From: an uncultured virus (IMG/VR IMGVR_UViG_3300025368_000001)
Taxonomy: Duplodnaviria > Heunggongvirae > Uroviricota > Caudoviricetes
DNA length: 64,000 nucleotides
IMG/VR virus record: IMGVR_UViG_3300025368_000001
Direction: 5' to 3' (one strand)
The notes under the pieces are model-generated. The model was not told the DNA's origin and made no database searches. It saw nothing but the letters and a program-made list of their open reading frames with translations. Shown here piece by piece: positions 19,293 through 29,032 of the stretch. How positions within the stretch are numbered: the stretch's first letter is position 1; the number at the start of each line of letters is the position of its first letter. The position numbers were made by a program, and so were the translations under genes.

Positions 19293-19478
19293 TTATTTGT
19301 TTAATTGAGCAATTTGTGTTTTAAGATAATTGACCCTGTTTTCGTTTGGACACTTTTTGTCCAATTCCTCTTTAAGCCTTTCAGGTAGATCTGACACTAG
19401 CCATCTGTATAAGTGCTTTAGTGAATACTGCCTGTCGCTATTCCTCAAAGGATGGAAGTTTACGAATGTGTTTGTCAT
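19293..19478 (-). CDS. Hypothetical protein
   Basis: 61-aa ORF. Confidence 0.55.
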   Translation of the reverse strand: MTNTFVNFHPLRNSDRQYSLKHLYRWLVSDLPERLKEELDKKCPNENRVNYLKTQIAQLNK

Positions 19479-19607
19479 TGTGTATAGCTTTAATTACTGA
19501 ATCAATTTTTCTATGTTTCTCGGTTTCGTTAAGCATCATTTGGGCTTGCATTAAATCCTCTACCGGATTGTAAGGAAGAATAACTGTAACGTGGTCTGTT
19601 TGAATTA

Positions 19608-19862
19608 TCATAAACCGATTAATTTAGACTTGTAGTAAAAGACTTCTTCAAAGTCGTTTTTGATAAAATGTTCGCCTAATCTGTACGTCTTATTTGACCT
19701 CCTGTTCTGCATTGTTTTCACATCTTTGCCTACTAACTTAGCAGCATCTTTCTCGTTGATAAAATCGCTTGCGATAGCCTTCTCATTACTCTGCTTCTCA
19801 ATGTTTCTAAGCGACTTCATAATGTTGTCCAGAAAGCCTTTTGGTACTGTAACGTGTTCCAT
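19608..19862 (-). CDS. Excisionase-like winged-HTH protein
   Basis: FINEKDAAKLVGKDVKTMQNRRS, MerR/Xis-type HTH. Confidence 0.65.
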   Translation of the reverse strand: MEHVTVPKGFLDNIMKSLRNIEKQSNEKAIASDFINEKDAAKLVGKDVKTMQNRRSNKTYRLGEHFIKNDFEEVFYYKSKLIGL

Positions 19863-20153
19863 CTATTTGCCTATTTTCTTTACCAACGCCTTTTGTCTCT
19901 TTCTGATAATAGGAGATAAAATCTCGTACAGTTTAGTAGCAGCTTCGATATTACCTATCTTGTTGTTGAAGTACCTAGAAATAAGTGCAACTGAAACAAC
20001 ATTTTCGCCGTGAACATTGGCACCAAGGTTCAATACTTTACCTAATTCTATCTGAGCCAGCTTCCTATCTTCTGAGGTAACGTGCTCGGCTAGTTCGTGC
20101 AACTTTTTACCGATTTGTTCCTTTAAAATATCTTTACTTAAAATCTTTGCCAT
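19863..20153 (-). CDS. Putative Cro/CII-like DNA-binding protein
   Basis: Among the first genes divergent from the repressor; VSVALISRYF helix. Confidence 0.5.
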   Translation of the reverse strand: MAKILSKDILKEQIGKKLHELAEHVTSEDRKLAQIELGKVLNLGANVHGENVVSVALISRYFNNKIGNIEAATKLYEILSPIIRKRQKALVKKIGK

Positions 20154-20206
20154 TTTGTTATTGCTTTGTTATACCTTTGTGTTTTGTATGTAAAAAGTAA
20201 TAGGGT

Positions 20207-20386
20207 TTAATTAGTATCAGGAAGGGTGTAAACAGTCGTTTGTTTGATGTCGTGCAAGACTTCATCGAGAATGTTTTCTACCTCTTTTATTGGCAGTCCT
20301 TCAACGTGGCGTTTTATTTCGTTTTTGCGTTCTGCCATTATTTGCTTAGAGAGGTCGCTACTAATTATGCTATCATTTTTGTTCAT
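20207..20386 (-). CDS. Small hypothetical protein (59 aa, not in ORF track)
   Basis: MNKNDSIISS...LPDTN reading frame. Confidence 0.5.
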   Translation of the reverse strand: MNKNDSIISSDLSKQIMAERKNEIKRHVEGLPIKEVENILDEVLHDIKQTTVYTLPDTN

Positions 20387-20523
20387 ACCTAAAAGCGTTA
20401 TTTGTGTGTTGCTTTATTGCTTTGACAGTGTAAAAATAGGACAATAAGTACAAAAAGTACAAGTTTGAAAGAAATATAGAAATTGTATAATTATTTACGA
20501 TTTATTTAAATAATATCTAACAA

Positions 20524-21234
20524 ATGGCAGTTGATATTGAAAAATATCTAAGGGTTTTAAAGAGTAGGGGCATCACTAAAGGAGATGTTGCTGCCGCTTT
20601 GAGCATAACTCCTTCATATTTATCAAAAATTATCAGTAACGAAAAGCCACTGACTGATACTATACTTAAAAACCTTACAGCAGAATTTGGCAGCTATGAA
20701 GAAGTGGTAGACAAAACCCCTCCTGAGCCATACTACCGAAAAAGACTTGAATTAAAAAACACCGAAAATCCTCGAACCGTGAAATTGTATAACTCTAGTG
20801 TGGCAGCCACGCCGAAAGCCGGAAACGGAATGGCAGTTACAAACAAAACAGACTATGTAAACATCTATGACGTATTGGGTAAATGTGACTTCGCTTTGCC
20901 TGTAAGTGGGAATAGTATGATGCCTAATTATCCACCTTCTAGTGTGGTCGGAATGGTAAAGAAAACAGATTGTAAAATAAGACCAGGAGAAGTCTATGTA
21001 GTGGAAACGGCTGACGAGGCTGTACTGAAAAGACTATACTACAAAGAAGATGATAGTAACAGCGAAATACTTGTTCTGATCTCAGATAACACTATGGTAA
21101 TTGATAGCGGTGCCAGAAAAGGGATGTTAGCCTATCCGCCTTATGAATTACACATAAAAGATATAATAGGGCTGTATAGCGTCACCGGAAGCGCAAAGAT
21201 TATGTTGTATGGTAAAAGGATGATTGAATTATAA
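20524..21234 (+). CDS. CI-like repressor (XRE HTH + S24 peptidase)
   Basis: ITKGDVAAALSITPSYLSKII; VSGNSMMP (catalytic Ser); VLKRL (catalytic Lys); LISDN. Confidence 0.9.
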   Translation: MAVDIEKYLRVLKSRGITKGDVAAALSITPSYLSKIISNEKPLTDTILKNLTAEFGSYEEVVDKTPPEPYYRKRLELKNTENPRTVKLYNSSVAATPKAGNGMAVTNKTDYVNIYDVLGKCDFALPVSGNSMMPNYPPSSVVGMVKKTDCKIRPGEVYVVETADEAVLKRLYYKEDDSNSEILVLISDNTMVIDSGARKGMLAYPPYELHIKDIIGLYSVTGSAKIMLYGKRMIEL

Positions 21235-21243
21235 ACTATCAAT

Positions 21244-21489
21244 ATGAAAAAGAAACTTACTTACGGCGTATGCGCAATCATTCTGCTACTCGTTCTGACA
21301 AACCCCACCATGAGGGATTTTAAGGAGAATCAGGGTATAGTAAATGATGTTATGACATATACTACTCAAACGAATAAAGAATCGAATTTCTTGCTGTTTA
21401 GCGTGTTCGCAACAAATCATTATTTGAACAACCACGATGTAAGAGTAAAATATATCGGCATCTTAAAAAACTTTTGGAAAATAAACTAA
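21244..21489 (+). CDS. Membrane-anchored protein (DUF4359-like); immunity-region accessory
   Basis: N-terminal TM plus TNP, NFLLFSVF and YIGILKNF motifs. Confidence 0.6.
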   Translation: MKKKLTYGVCAIILLLVLTNPTMRDFKENQGIVNDVMTYTTQTNKESNFLLFSVFATNHYLNNHDVRVKYIGILKNFWKIN

Positions 21490-21494
21490 ATATT

Positions 21495-21791
21495 ATGACA
21501 CAACCATTCGGCGAACTACTTAAAAAGTACAGAGAAAACAACGGTTTAACTCAGATAGATTTAGCTGAGAAGCTGGGCGTTACGCAACAAAGTATTGTGT
21601 ATCTAGAGAATAGGGATTACGTTAAACCTTCAACCAAAAAGGATATTGAAGAAAAGATTGGCTTTAATCTCGATTCATTGCTTCCGGGTAACAGCGCTTT
21701 TAAAGATGCAAAATACTATCAGAAACAAGCGATAATTTACAAAGAAATGCACGACCATTGTACAAAGATGGCTAAACTGTTGGGAGGGTAG
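21495..21791 (+). CDS. XRE-family HTH regulator
   Basis: GLTQIDLAEKLGVTQQSIVYLE. Confidence 0.85.
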   Translation: MTQPFGELLKKYRENNGLTQIDLAEKLGVTQQSIVYLENRDYVKPSTKKDIEEKIGFNLDSLLPGNSAFKDAKYYQKQAIIYKEMHDHCTKMAKLLGG

Positions 21792-22220
21792 CTATGCAAG
21801 TTTACCCTCTCTCCTTAATTGAGTGTATCTCTCTTGCAATTTTTTATCTCTAGCCGTTAGTTTACTTTTTCTTACTATTCTTTCCATACGGGTTTCAACT
21901 TTCTTTTTAGGTTTATTGGGGTTCTTCTTTTTTCTAGTACGTCTTTTATTGGGCAATATCGGGGCGTACTTTATTTTATCGCTACCAATATTATGTTCTT
22001 TTTGGTGACAAGGACGGCAAAGCGTTATTAAATGCTTATCGGGGCTTTCCCACGCCATTTTACCTTTTATATATTTTTTGTGGTGGATTTGTAGCCTTGT
22101 TTTATTCCCACATTTTTTGCAAGTGTAATTATCCCTCTCTAGTATTTGTAATCTCCTAGCTTTCCATTCAGGAGTTAGTAATTGTTCTTTATAGGTTAAA
22201 CCTTTTTTTACTTCTGTCAT
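21792..22220 (-). CDS. HNH endonuclease with basic C-terminus
   Basis: ERDNYTCKKCG, LQIHH and LITLCRPCH motifs; encoded on the minus strand (track label is wrong); TACTTTTG promoter at 22228-22235 implies a near-leaderless mRNA. Confidence 0.85.
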   Translation of the reverse strand: MTEVKKGLTYKEQLLTPEWKARRLQILERDNYTCKKCGNKTRLQIHHKKYIKGKMAWESPDKHLITLCRPCHQKEHNIGSDKIKYAPILPNKRRTRKKKNPNKPKKKVETRMERIVRKSKLTARDKKLQERYTQLRREGKLA

Positions 22221-22280
22221 AGCATAACAAAAGTACAAGTAAAAACAAATAAAAAACAATCTTTTGGCTGTATTTTCTTT

Positions 22281-23402
22281 TTAATTCAATCTATCCATAA
22301 TCTTTTTACTCAAATCAATATTGCTTATCTTGGCGTATATTCTAGCCGTCTGAGGCGTATCCCCCAACATTTCTGCAACTTCATCTACCGTAAACCCTTT
22401 TGACATCATCATCATTGCAAATGAATGTCGGGCGGTATGGAATTTCACATTCTTGTTAATCCCTGCCAGCTTTGCAATCGCTTTAACGTGTTCCCGAACC
22501 TTTTGTTCCGATTCAGTCATTTTATTCTTGGATACATATTCGAGTATTGGCACTAACTTGTTGTAAATAGGGATAGAAACGATTTTGCCGTTTTTTTTAG
22601 CCTGTAAAGTAACTTGGTTATCCATTACCCTTTTACTTACATCGAACGTCAAACAATCGCTTATCCTATACCCTAAGTAGCAAGATAGCAAGAAGTAATA
22701 CCCTGCGTTTCTCATTTCGGGAATATTAACCCCGGCTACTACCTTCTCGAAGTTTGCCACCTCTTCTTCAGTAAGATAGTCCGGCATCGTCCTTTCAGAT
22801 TTAGGGTTGATGTATTTTCTGAACGGATCATCTTTGATATAATCCTTTTTCATAGCATGGTTTATAATAGCCTTTAGGAGTGCCATATTCCCCTTTAAAG
22901 TGTTCCGAACTATTCCTGTATCCATTAAGTATCTTTCAAAGGAAATTACCCACTTATAATCAATTTCTGCAAGCCTGGTCCTATCGTCATAATCCTTTAC
23001 TTTGTCGGACATAACTTTATAATGTTTTAGCCGTCCTTCTGATAACTTCCCTGTAAGCTCTTGAATTAAGTCCTCAATGAAGTTTGTTAGTAGTCCAGAT
23101 GAAGTGTCTATACTATCGCCGGAAACAATTTTCTTTAGTATCTTCTCGGTGATAGGTATATCCTTTCGCATACACTCTAAAATATTACTTTCGATATTGT
23201 TTGCAATCGACTTTATGATGGCGTTTAACTTCACCTTTTCTTTATGCCAAACTACATTCCCGTTCTTGAAATTATCGGTAGGGAGTTTGATGCCAGTGGC
23301 CTTGTACGCCTTTAGTTTGTTGTTAATTACCTGAATTGAAATGCCGTGACAGCCGTTTTTGTCGGCATAACCCATTAGAATAGGCTTGACTGAATATCCC
23401 AT
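22281..23402 (-). CDS. int: Tyrosine integrase (Arm-DNA-binding + SAM-like + catalytic domains)
   Basis: GYRISD, K, HTARHSFA, LGD and IYAK catalytic motifs; Bacteroidota-type N-terminus. Confidence 0.95.
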   Translation of the reverse strand: MGYSVKPILMGYADKNGCHGISIQVINNKLKAYKATGIKLPTDNFKNGNVVWHKEKVKLNAIIKSIANNIESNILECMRKDIPITEKILKKIVSGDSIDTSSGLLTNFIEDLIQELTGKLSEGRLKHYKVMSDKVKDYDDRTRLAEIDYKWVISFERYLMDTGIVRNTLKGNMALLKAIINHAMKKDYIKDDPFRKYINPKSERTMPDYLTEEEVANFEKVVAGVNIPEMRNAGYYFLLSCYLGYRISDCLTFDVSKRVMDNQVTLQAKKNGKIVSIPIYNKLVPILEYVSKNKMTESEQKVREHVKAIAKLAGINKNVKFHTARHSFAMMMMSKGFTVDEVAEMLGDTPQTARIYAKISNIDLSKKIMDRLN

Positions 23403-23413
23403 AATGTAGCGTT

Positions 23414-23695
23414 TTACAGAACAAAAATATAGAATTATAGAACTATTACAGAATTATTTTATAAATATTAGGGAAGATTTGGGAAGATTTAGGATAATGG
23501 CTGAACGAGTAAAAGTATGCAAATTTGAAAAATACAGCTATAAACCATTGAAAATCAGCGTATTTGGCATAAAAAAAGCAGCTTTTGAGGGCTGCTTAAT
23601 TTTATTCTATGTGATCCGGATTGGATTCGCATCTTGTGCTTATTTTAACCTAAATTATAGAACTTTTTCCCGTTGTAGACTATTTATAGAACTTT
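23414..23695. other. attP site: core at 23611-23629 matches a tRNA 3' end, flanked by integrase arm-type repeats
   Basis: Minus strand CGAATCCAATCCGGATCAC = T-loop/T-stem plus acceptor strand (tRNA beginning GATCCGG, probably Arg); TTAYAGAAY repeats at 23414, 23435, 23446, 23655 and 23684. Confidence 0.85.
23571..23597 (-). terminator. Terminator following the tRNA 3' replacement segment
   Basis: AAGCAGC/GCTGCTT stem with U tract on the minus strand, just downstream of the att core. Confidence 0.7.
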
Positions 23696-23706
23696 ATTGA
23701 GAAAGG

Positions 23707-24036
23707 TTATATCCTGTAATTTTTATAATAAACCTGCCCCTTTTCAATCTGCTGTTTCAGGTAAAAATCTGCCATACGGTGCAGTTCGATGTCAATATCT
23801 TCACGGTAGATTTTATCGTTGGACATAGTGCTATCAAACGACACTACTACATTGTATCCTTCAACCTGTACTGTTTGAGGAAACCGTTGCATATAGTTTA
23901 CCACCTCTTCTGATCCGTTCTTATTCGTTCGCCACTTGTAAACCCTGGCCACCATGAAAGGAGGTCGCTTTGTGTTCACTATATAGTTACTTTTATCATC
24001 GCCCTGAGCTTGTATAAAATAGTGTTCTTGTATCAT
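23707..24036 (-). CDS. Hypothetical protein
   Basis: 109-aa ORF. Confidence 0.65.
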   Translation of the reverse strand: MIQEHYFIQAQGDDKSNYIVNTKRPPFMVARVYKWRTNKNGSEEVVNYMQRFPQTVQVEGYNVVVSFDSTMSNDKIYREDIDIELHRMADFYLKQQIEKGQVYYKNYRI

Positions 24037-24168
24037 TTGCTTAATTTGCTTTTATGATGTAATATTATTTCTTTTCTTTTTGCAAGGCTATCGTACCTCT
24101 TTTGATACGCCAAAAATATCTTATATGGCTAATTTCTGGCTAGTTTCTTTCTTACGCTGCGCATTTCC

Positions 24169-24636
24169 CTATCTACCCCCAATACTATCAATTTGCCAAA
24201 AGACGGTTGCGCTATCCCAATGTTTTGAAGTACCTATGAAATACTTGCTTATCAGTCCGCTTGTAACATCTTCGCCAAACAACCCAATTAGGAACGTAAC
24301 AAAGTGGTTTGCTTCATATCCTTTGAGGCTACTTTTAAACACATCCTTTGAGATATAAGAAACGGGGTTAGCTGGTGCAATTGGTTTGGGCTTGCTGTAC
24401 TGTTTCGGCTGTGGTGTATCAAATGAAATATTGTTATCGGTAAAATATTGCTTGGGTGTGTAATGATAACCGCAATTGCTCTCACGGTTGCACCTACCGA
24501 CATTGGGGGCAACGTGTAAGCCTGTTTCCTTATCAATGTATAGGGAAAGGGTTCTATCCCTATGGTTGCAACTTGGGCAACGGTAACGGGTGTTTATTCC
24601 CTTGTATGGCTCTAATATGTATCTATGTTCGTTCAT
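24169..24636 (-). pseudogene. Truncated DUF6371-like (zinc-ribbon, primase-associated) gene of a Bacteroidota integrative element
   Basis: YILEPYKG..CPSC..VGRCNRESNCGYHYTP..FWQID, then a stop where homologs, as recalled, continue. Confidence 0.7.
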
Positions 24637-24658
24637 TTTAAAAAAGTATTTTTTGCAA

Positions 24659-24740
24659 TGTCCTTTGTCTTTATTGTCCTTTCTGTCTTTATTGTCTTAT
24701 TTACCCAAAAGGACAAAAGGACAAAAAGGACTTAGGACAA
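24659..24740. repeat. Inverted iteron array, putative origin of the captured element
   Basis: Five TGTC(C/T)T copies facing four AGGAC copies around TTTACCCAAA. Confidence 0.7.
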
Positions 24741-24899
24741 TTAGTTTTTTACACTTTTTGAATATTGCCCGTGAGCTATCTTTTTAAAGAAATTCTTATC
24801 GTTCAAAAAGCGTTGGGTAGCCTTAGGTAAAAGATAGCCGGAATAGGCGAAGGAAGAGGGGAGTAGGGGATTGAGACACGAAATTAACTTTTAAGTGAA

Positions 24900-25112
24900 T
24901 TAATTACTTTGTTTATTACTATCAATCCCTTTAGCCCAACCCAATAGAAACATATTCAAATATTCATAAGATAGTGGGGGGCTTACACTTATCCCTCTGC
25001 TATTTACTGCAATATAATTTTTAATTTTCTTTCTTTTATCCTCGAAGTGGTATTCCTTAATTGTTATCCCTCTGTTATTGGCTGCGTTCTGCAATGCTTG
25101 TAGCTCGTTCAT
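24900..25112 (-). CDS. Hypothetical early protein
   Basis: 70-aa ORF. Confidence 0.6.
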   Translation of the reverse strand: MNELQALQNAANNRGITIKEYHFEDKRKKIKNYIAVNSRGISVSPPLSYEYLNMFLLGWAKGIDSNKQSN

Positions 25113-25123
25113 TTTACTTTGTT

Positions 25124-25348
25124 TTAATTTTTTAAAATTGGGTTAATTGTATTGTAAAGGCTTTCGAATAGATTGTCATCGCTGCCGAAAACCTCGTTTT
25201 TTAGAAATATAAAACCGTTGTTACCCTTGAACACTTTACTGTCATTTTCGGCATACCAACTTTTAATTGCATCGCCTAAACGGATGGACCTTATAGTGTC
25301 GGTACAGTTCATTATATCTTTCCACAATTTTTTTCTTTTGTTTTTCAT
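25124..25348 (-). CDS. Hypothetical early protein
   Basis: 74-aa ORF. Confidence 0.55.
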   Translation of the reverse strand: MKNKRKKLWKDIMNCTDTIRSIRLGDAIKSWYAENDSKVFKGNNGFIFLKNEVFGSDDNLFESLYNTINPILKN

Positions 25349-25360
25349 CTTGCTAATTTT

Positions 25361-25702
25361 TTAAAATAATGAATACTGTTGAAAATGCGCCTGTAATAAA
25401 TTACTGACGTTTGATAATGTGTATTTACTGAACGGTACCTCTTCGCCTACTATTTGCCGCACAATTTCTTTCGTGAGGTCTTTGTTACCTATGAAGCTGG
25501 ACACCGATAAATCAAACTGTAAACGGTTGTTATTAAATTCTGATCTTAACCGTCCGATTGTTTCCGATGCCTTTACTTTAAGGCTCATATCCTGCCTTAA
25601 TTTGCGAAGTTGACTAACTGACTGTATGAACATTTTATTTTGCATAATTGCCATTTTTATTGTAAAAAACCTATATTTGTCCTCTAATTTCACGAAAAGC
25701 AT
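25361..25702 (-). CDS. Hypothetical early protein (start uncertain)
   Basis: 113-aa ORF. Confidence 0.5.
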   Translation of the reverse strand: MLFVKLEDKYRFFTIKMAIMQNKMFIQSVSQLRKLRQDMSLKVKASETIGRLRSEFNNNRLQFDLSVSSFIGNKDLTKEIVRQIVGEEVPFSKYTLSNVSNLLQAHFQQYSLF

Positions 25703-25764
25703 ATAAGCCGTTTACCGCTTTGCTTTTCAATTGTGATTTGCTTTCAGTGGGGATAGGGTTAAAC

Positions 25765-26553
25765 CTATCCCTTTATTTTTGCGTTAATAATTCTAAACAC
25801 TTTCCAAAAATCGCTTTCAATCTTTTCTTTACCGTTTCGATTAATTAGGGCTACAAAAGCTTTGCTTTGGGCTTGACTTTTCTCAAGTCCAGGAAGCACT
25901 CTAGCTTCTTTCGCTTCTTCGATAAAGGTGTCGTCTATTACTATCGTTTCTGCTTCTGTAATCACTTTCGCCTCAACGTTTAATTTGGCTTGCCTTCTCA
26001 GCTCTTCTTCTATTATTACCTGTTCTCTTGCCTTAGCTTCGCACTTTTCTTTGTAGTTGATGTATCTTTCGATAACTTCAAAGGGCTTCCCCCTGCTGTC
26101 TGCTAATTCTTGTATGGCTTCTTTTCTCGTATCGAAGAAGATAGGGGCATTCCAATTTTTATTTTGGATATAGTACTCAAAATGCTCGTAAAGGTCTATT
26201 TCTGCGTATTCTTCAGTTGGATGGCTTGTTAGTTTTCGGGGATTATTGCCGCCTGTTCCCCACGTCCAAACTTCCCACATAGTCTTTACGTTACTCATGA
26301 TAGTATCTTGGTTTAATCCCTTTCTTTGGCAATAAAAGAAAGCCTCATCCTCGTTATCAAAATCCACCCCCTCTACTAAATAATTATTGCACTCGACCTC
26401 TCTGATATGTATCCTAGGCTCTACACCTCTGGGGCTTGTCGTTTCATCGCCACCATAGTCTCGTAAGTAGTCACGATATACTACTTCTTCAATACTCATA
26501 TCGCTAGTGTTAGCGATGTAACCTTTTTCGTTTAATCTTTCAATTGTTAACAT
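25765..26553 (-). CDS. Hypothetical early protein
   Basis: 262-aa ORF. Confidence 0.7.
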   Translation of the reverse strand: MLTIERLNEKGYIANTSDMSIEEVVYRDYLRDYGGDETTSPRGVEPRIHIREVECNNYLVEGVDFDNEDEAFFYCQRKGLNQDTIMSNVKTMWEVWTWGTGGNNPRKLTSHPTEEYAEIDLYEHFEYYIQNKNWNAPIFFDTRKEAIQELADSRGKPFEVIERYINYKEKCEAKAREQVIIEEELRRQAKLNVEAKVITEAETIVIDDTFIEEAKEARVLPGLEKSQAQSKAFVALINRNGKEKIESDFWKVFRIINAKIKG

Positions 26554-26630
26554 AATAATTTGCCTTTTGGTCGGAACGCTTGCCGTTTTTTAAAAATGAA
26601 TAATAAAATTAAGGGTTTTGGCTTTTACGC

Positions 26631-26819
26631 TTAAATCGCACAATTTCTCAAGAAGTCTTTAGCTAGTGTGAGCTGTGCTTTAATGTCCTCTAGGGTAAAT
26701 TTACTTCCCAAAATCTTTGCGTATTTCTTTGGGCTTTTTACTACTTTCTCGAGGTTTTCTACCGTCTGCCTGTTCACTTCAATTTGAGAAGCTAGAAGGC
26801 TGTTTACTGTGTGTTTCAT
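26631..26819 (-). CDS. Hypothetical early protein
   Basis: 62-aa ORF. Confidence 0.55.
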   Translation of the reverse strand: MKHTVNSLLASQIEVNRQTVENLEKVVKSPKKYAKILGSKFTLEDIKAQLTLAKDFLRNCAI

Positions 26820-26844
26820 GTTGTGTTGTTTATTGAGTGAATGA

Positions 26845-27654
26845 TTATCTTTTGCTATTGAGAAAACCTTCTAGGGTATCGTAATAGTCTGCCTCGTCAC
26901 CCCAAACTGTATCTCTATGTAATTTCTGAAACTCGGCGGTTAACTCTTTTGCTAGGTCATAAAGCCCACCTTTCCCCCACTTGTGATTGTGGTTGTAGGC
27001 TAGAGTCCCATCGAAATCTTTCGTTTCTGTAATCCATTCGACAACATCAAAATGTGTTTCTAAGTAGTCGGTTGAAGGCTGTTTATTTTCCGCTACATCT
27101 TGCGAATTATATCTCATTGCCTCGTCAGCTTGTTGGAGGTAGGCTAATATCTCAGCCCCTACTCTTTCCGCTTCGTCCTCGTCCTCCCATTCAGTCCAAT
27201 AATTATCGTCCTCGTTCTCCTCTCTTAATCCTTCATAATCCCATCCATCCTCGGCTATACAACCCTCGCTACAATAAAAATCAATCCCGTTAATCACATA
27301 GCCTTCTGTAATTGTCTTTAGGCAGCAATGGCAATAGTGTTTGCCTTCTTCTTCCTTCTCCCTTATCTGCTCCTGCCTTACTAGATGCGGAATAGTCCCC
27401 TCAATTTTGCTTTCTAGCTTCCATAAAAATTCGCAAGCAAAGGTGCCGTCCTCTGTAGCTGCTGTAATCTCATCCATTAACCTATCCAACTGCAAAGCCT
27501 CGTCATAGGTAAATACTAGCTTATTTGTTTCAGTATTGATAATATCGTGAGCACTGTCCTCCGGATGATAACTCTCGCCGTTCTTGTGTAGTTCTGTCAA
27601 AAATGCTTTTGCCTCTTCGATTGTGTTTATTGAGGTCGGTAATGTTGTAATCAT
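26845..27654 (-). CDS. Highly acidic multi-module early protein
   Basis: YHPEDSAHD module, CHCC..YCS..C zinc module and a D/E-rich stretch. Confidence 0.7.
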   Translation of the reverse strand: MITTLPTSINTIEEAKAFLTELHKNGESYHPEDSAHDIINTETNKLVFTYDEALQLDRLMDEITAATEDGTFACEFLWKLESKIEGTIPHLVRQEQIREKEEEGKHYCHCCLKTITEGYVINGIDFYCSEGCIAEDGWDYEGLREENEDDNYWTEWEDEDEAERVGAEILAYLQQADEAMRYNSQDVAENKQPSTDYLETHFDVVEWITETKDFDGTLAYNHNHKWGKGGLYDLAKELTAEFQKLHRDTVWGDEADYYDTLEGFLNSKR

Positions 27655-27664
27655 TAAAGTTAAT

Positions 27665-28129
27665 TTAATCGTTTAGTAAAATTGTTTTAATCTCGTTGTA
27701 AACTTTTTCGGCTATTGTTATATCTTCCCAATCCCTAAAATTAGAATTTGTTGTCTCTTCATATAGTGTTGGGTATGAAATAAAAGTTATCACGCTTGCC
27801 CCGTAAAAGTGGCTTTGTGAGGGTGTGTCAATATAAGCGCAAACCCTCCACTCATAAGAACAATTTCTGATATAACACTGCAACAATAAGACTACATTAT
27901 TAGATATCGTTTCCTTGTATGTGTACCTTTCGTAGTAACTATCAAAAGAAATAGTTCCTGTGCCTAACTTTTCGAAGGCTTCTTTTATTGTCTCTAATCG
28001 AATTTTTTGCCCCAATGAATTATCGTGCTTAAAAAATAAATCTTTCAGTTTAGAAAATTGCTCTTTTTTATAGTCTGTGGTGGGGTGCGGGGCTACATTA
28101 TTTGCGGTGTAGATAGTCGTTGCAATCAT
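27665..28129 (-). CDS. Hypothetical early protein
   Basis: 154-aa ORF. Confidence 0.65.
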   Translation of the reverse strand: MIATTIYTANNVAPHPTTDYKKEQFSKLKDLFFKHDNSLGQKIRLETIKEAFEKLGTGTISFDSYYERYTYKETISNNVVLLLQCYIRNCSYEWRVCAYIDTPSQSHFYGASVITFISYPTLYEETTNSNFRDWEDITIAEKVYNEIKTILLND

Positions 28130-28159
28130 TGTACTAAGTTTTAAAATTTGATTAATTAA

Positions 28160-28519
28160 TTATCTTTTATCGTATCCTGCAACGTGCCACCATTTAACGC
28201 TGTTACTTGCACAAGTACCGTGAATATTTGCGCCACTGCTGCACCCTGCAAACATTATAGCCATAGCTGCCAATACTATTAAAAGTATCGTTTTTATTGC
28301 TTCAGTATCCTTTTTTATTCTTGTCGGTATTTTGCGAAGATTGTAAGGGATGGCATCTAAACCCCATTCAAAACTAAAACCAATTGCCTTACATTCTGCT
28401 TGCATTTGCGTTAATTGTTCGTAGTTTATATCTTCGCCATATTCGCTAGAATAATAGTCTAAAATTGCCTGTAAATTAATTGGCAATGTTTCCTGTACTT
28501 CGAATAAATCTACTGTCAT
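28160..28519 (-). CDS. Hypothetical early protein with C-terminal hydrophobic/lipobox-like segment
   Basis: DLFE..LP..GFSFEWGLDAIPYNLR followed by ILLIVLAAMAIMFAGC. Confidence 0.6.
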   Translation of the reverse strand: MTVDLFEVQETLPINLQAILDYYSSEYGEDINYEQLTQMQAECKAIGFSFEWGLDAIPYNLRKIPTRIKKDTEAIKTILLIVLAAMAIMFAGCSSGANIHGTCASNSVKWWHVAGYDKR

Positions 28520-28599
28520 AACTTTTGCATCTTTAAGGCTGCCGCCTGTTGTTTTATGTTAAAAAATAGGCAGTTTTGAAGCTCTGCCAACTTAAGATG

Positions 28600-28989
28600 C
28601 TAGTTAATTTCTTGCAGTTCTTCAATCTCGTTATCGTCCCAAATTCTTTGCACCCCCGCATATTCTTTTAAAACCGCCTTGTAAGTCTTAAATGCTTTGC
28701 GGCTGTCCTCGTCATAGCCAAACTCGCTGCAAAAGTTCTCAAACGTTCCAACCTCATACTTAGTCAAGCAGGCTAAAACATCATAGGGAGTAGGTTCTAT
28801 CCCGTTATTTGCGATACTTTGCCCAAACTTAAACGAGAAACTTTTTTTACCTCGCTGTAGCCTAATTTGGTAAATGTCCCGACACTGTTTATCATCTTCA
28901 AAATAGAAGTCGTGTTCTAGATAAGAACAACTAAACTGAACGCCCGTTTTCTTTAAAAAATTTACTGCCCGTGATTGATATTCTGACAT
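28600..28989 (-). CDS. Hypothetical early protein
   Basis: PTPYDVLACL..FENFCSEFGYDEDSRKA motif typical of phage early genes. Confidence 0.75.
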   Translation of the reverse strand: MSEYQSRAVNFLKKTGVQFSCSYLEHDFYFEDDKQCRDIYQIRLQRGKKSFSFKFGQSIANNGIEPTPYDVLACLTKYEVGTFENFCSEFGYDEDSRKAFKTYKAVLKEYAGVQRIWDDNEIEELQEIN

Positions 28990-29032
28990 AATATTTCGCA
29001 AGTCTTTTATACAGTGCTGCCTCTGCTTTAAT

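Noticed and set aside
21792..22259. Plus-strand ORF as labelled in the track
   Set aside because: The listed protein is encoded on the reverse complement (CAT at 22218-22220)
23611..23629. tRNA gene
   Set aside because: Only the 3' 19 nt are present; D and anticodon arms are absent, so it is an att core
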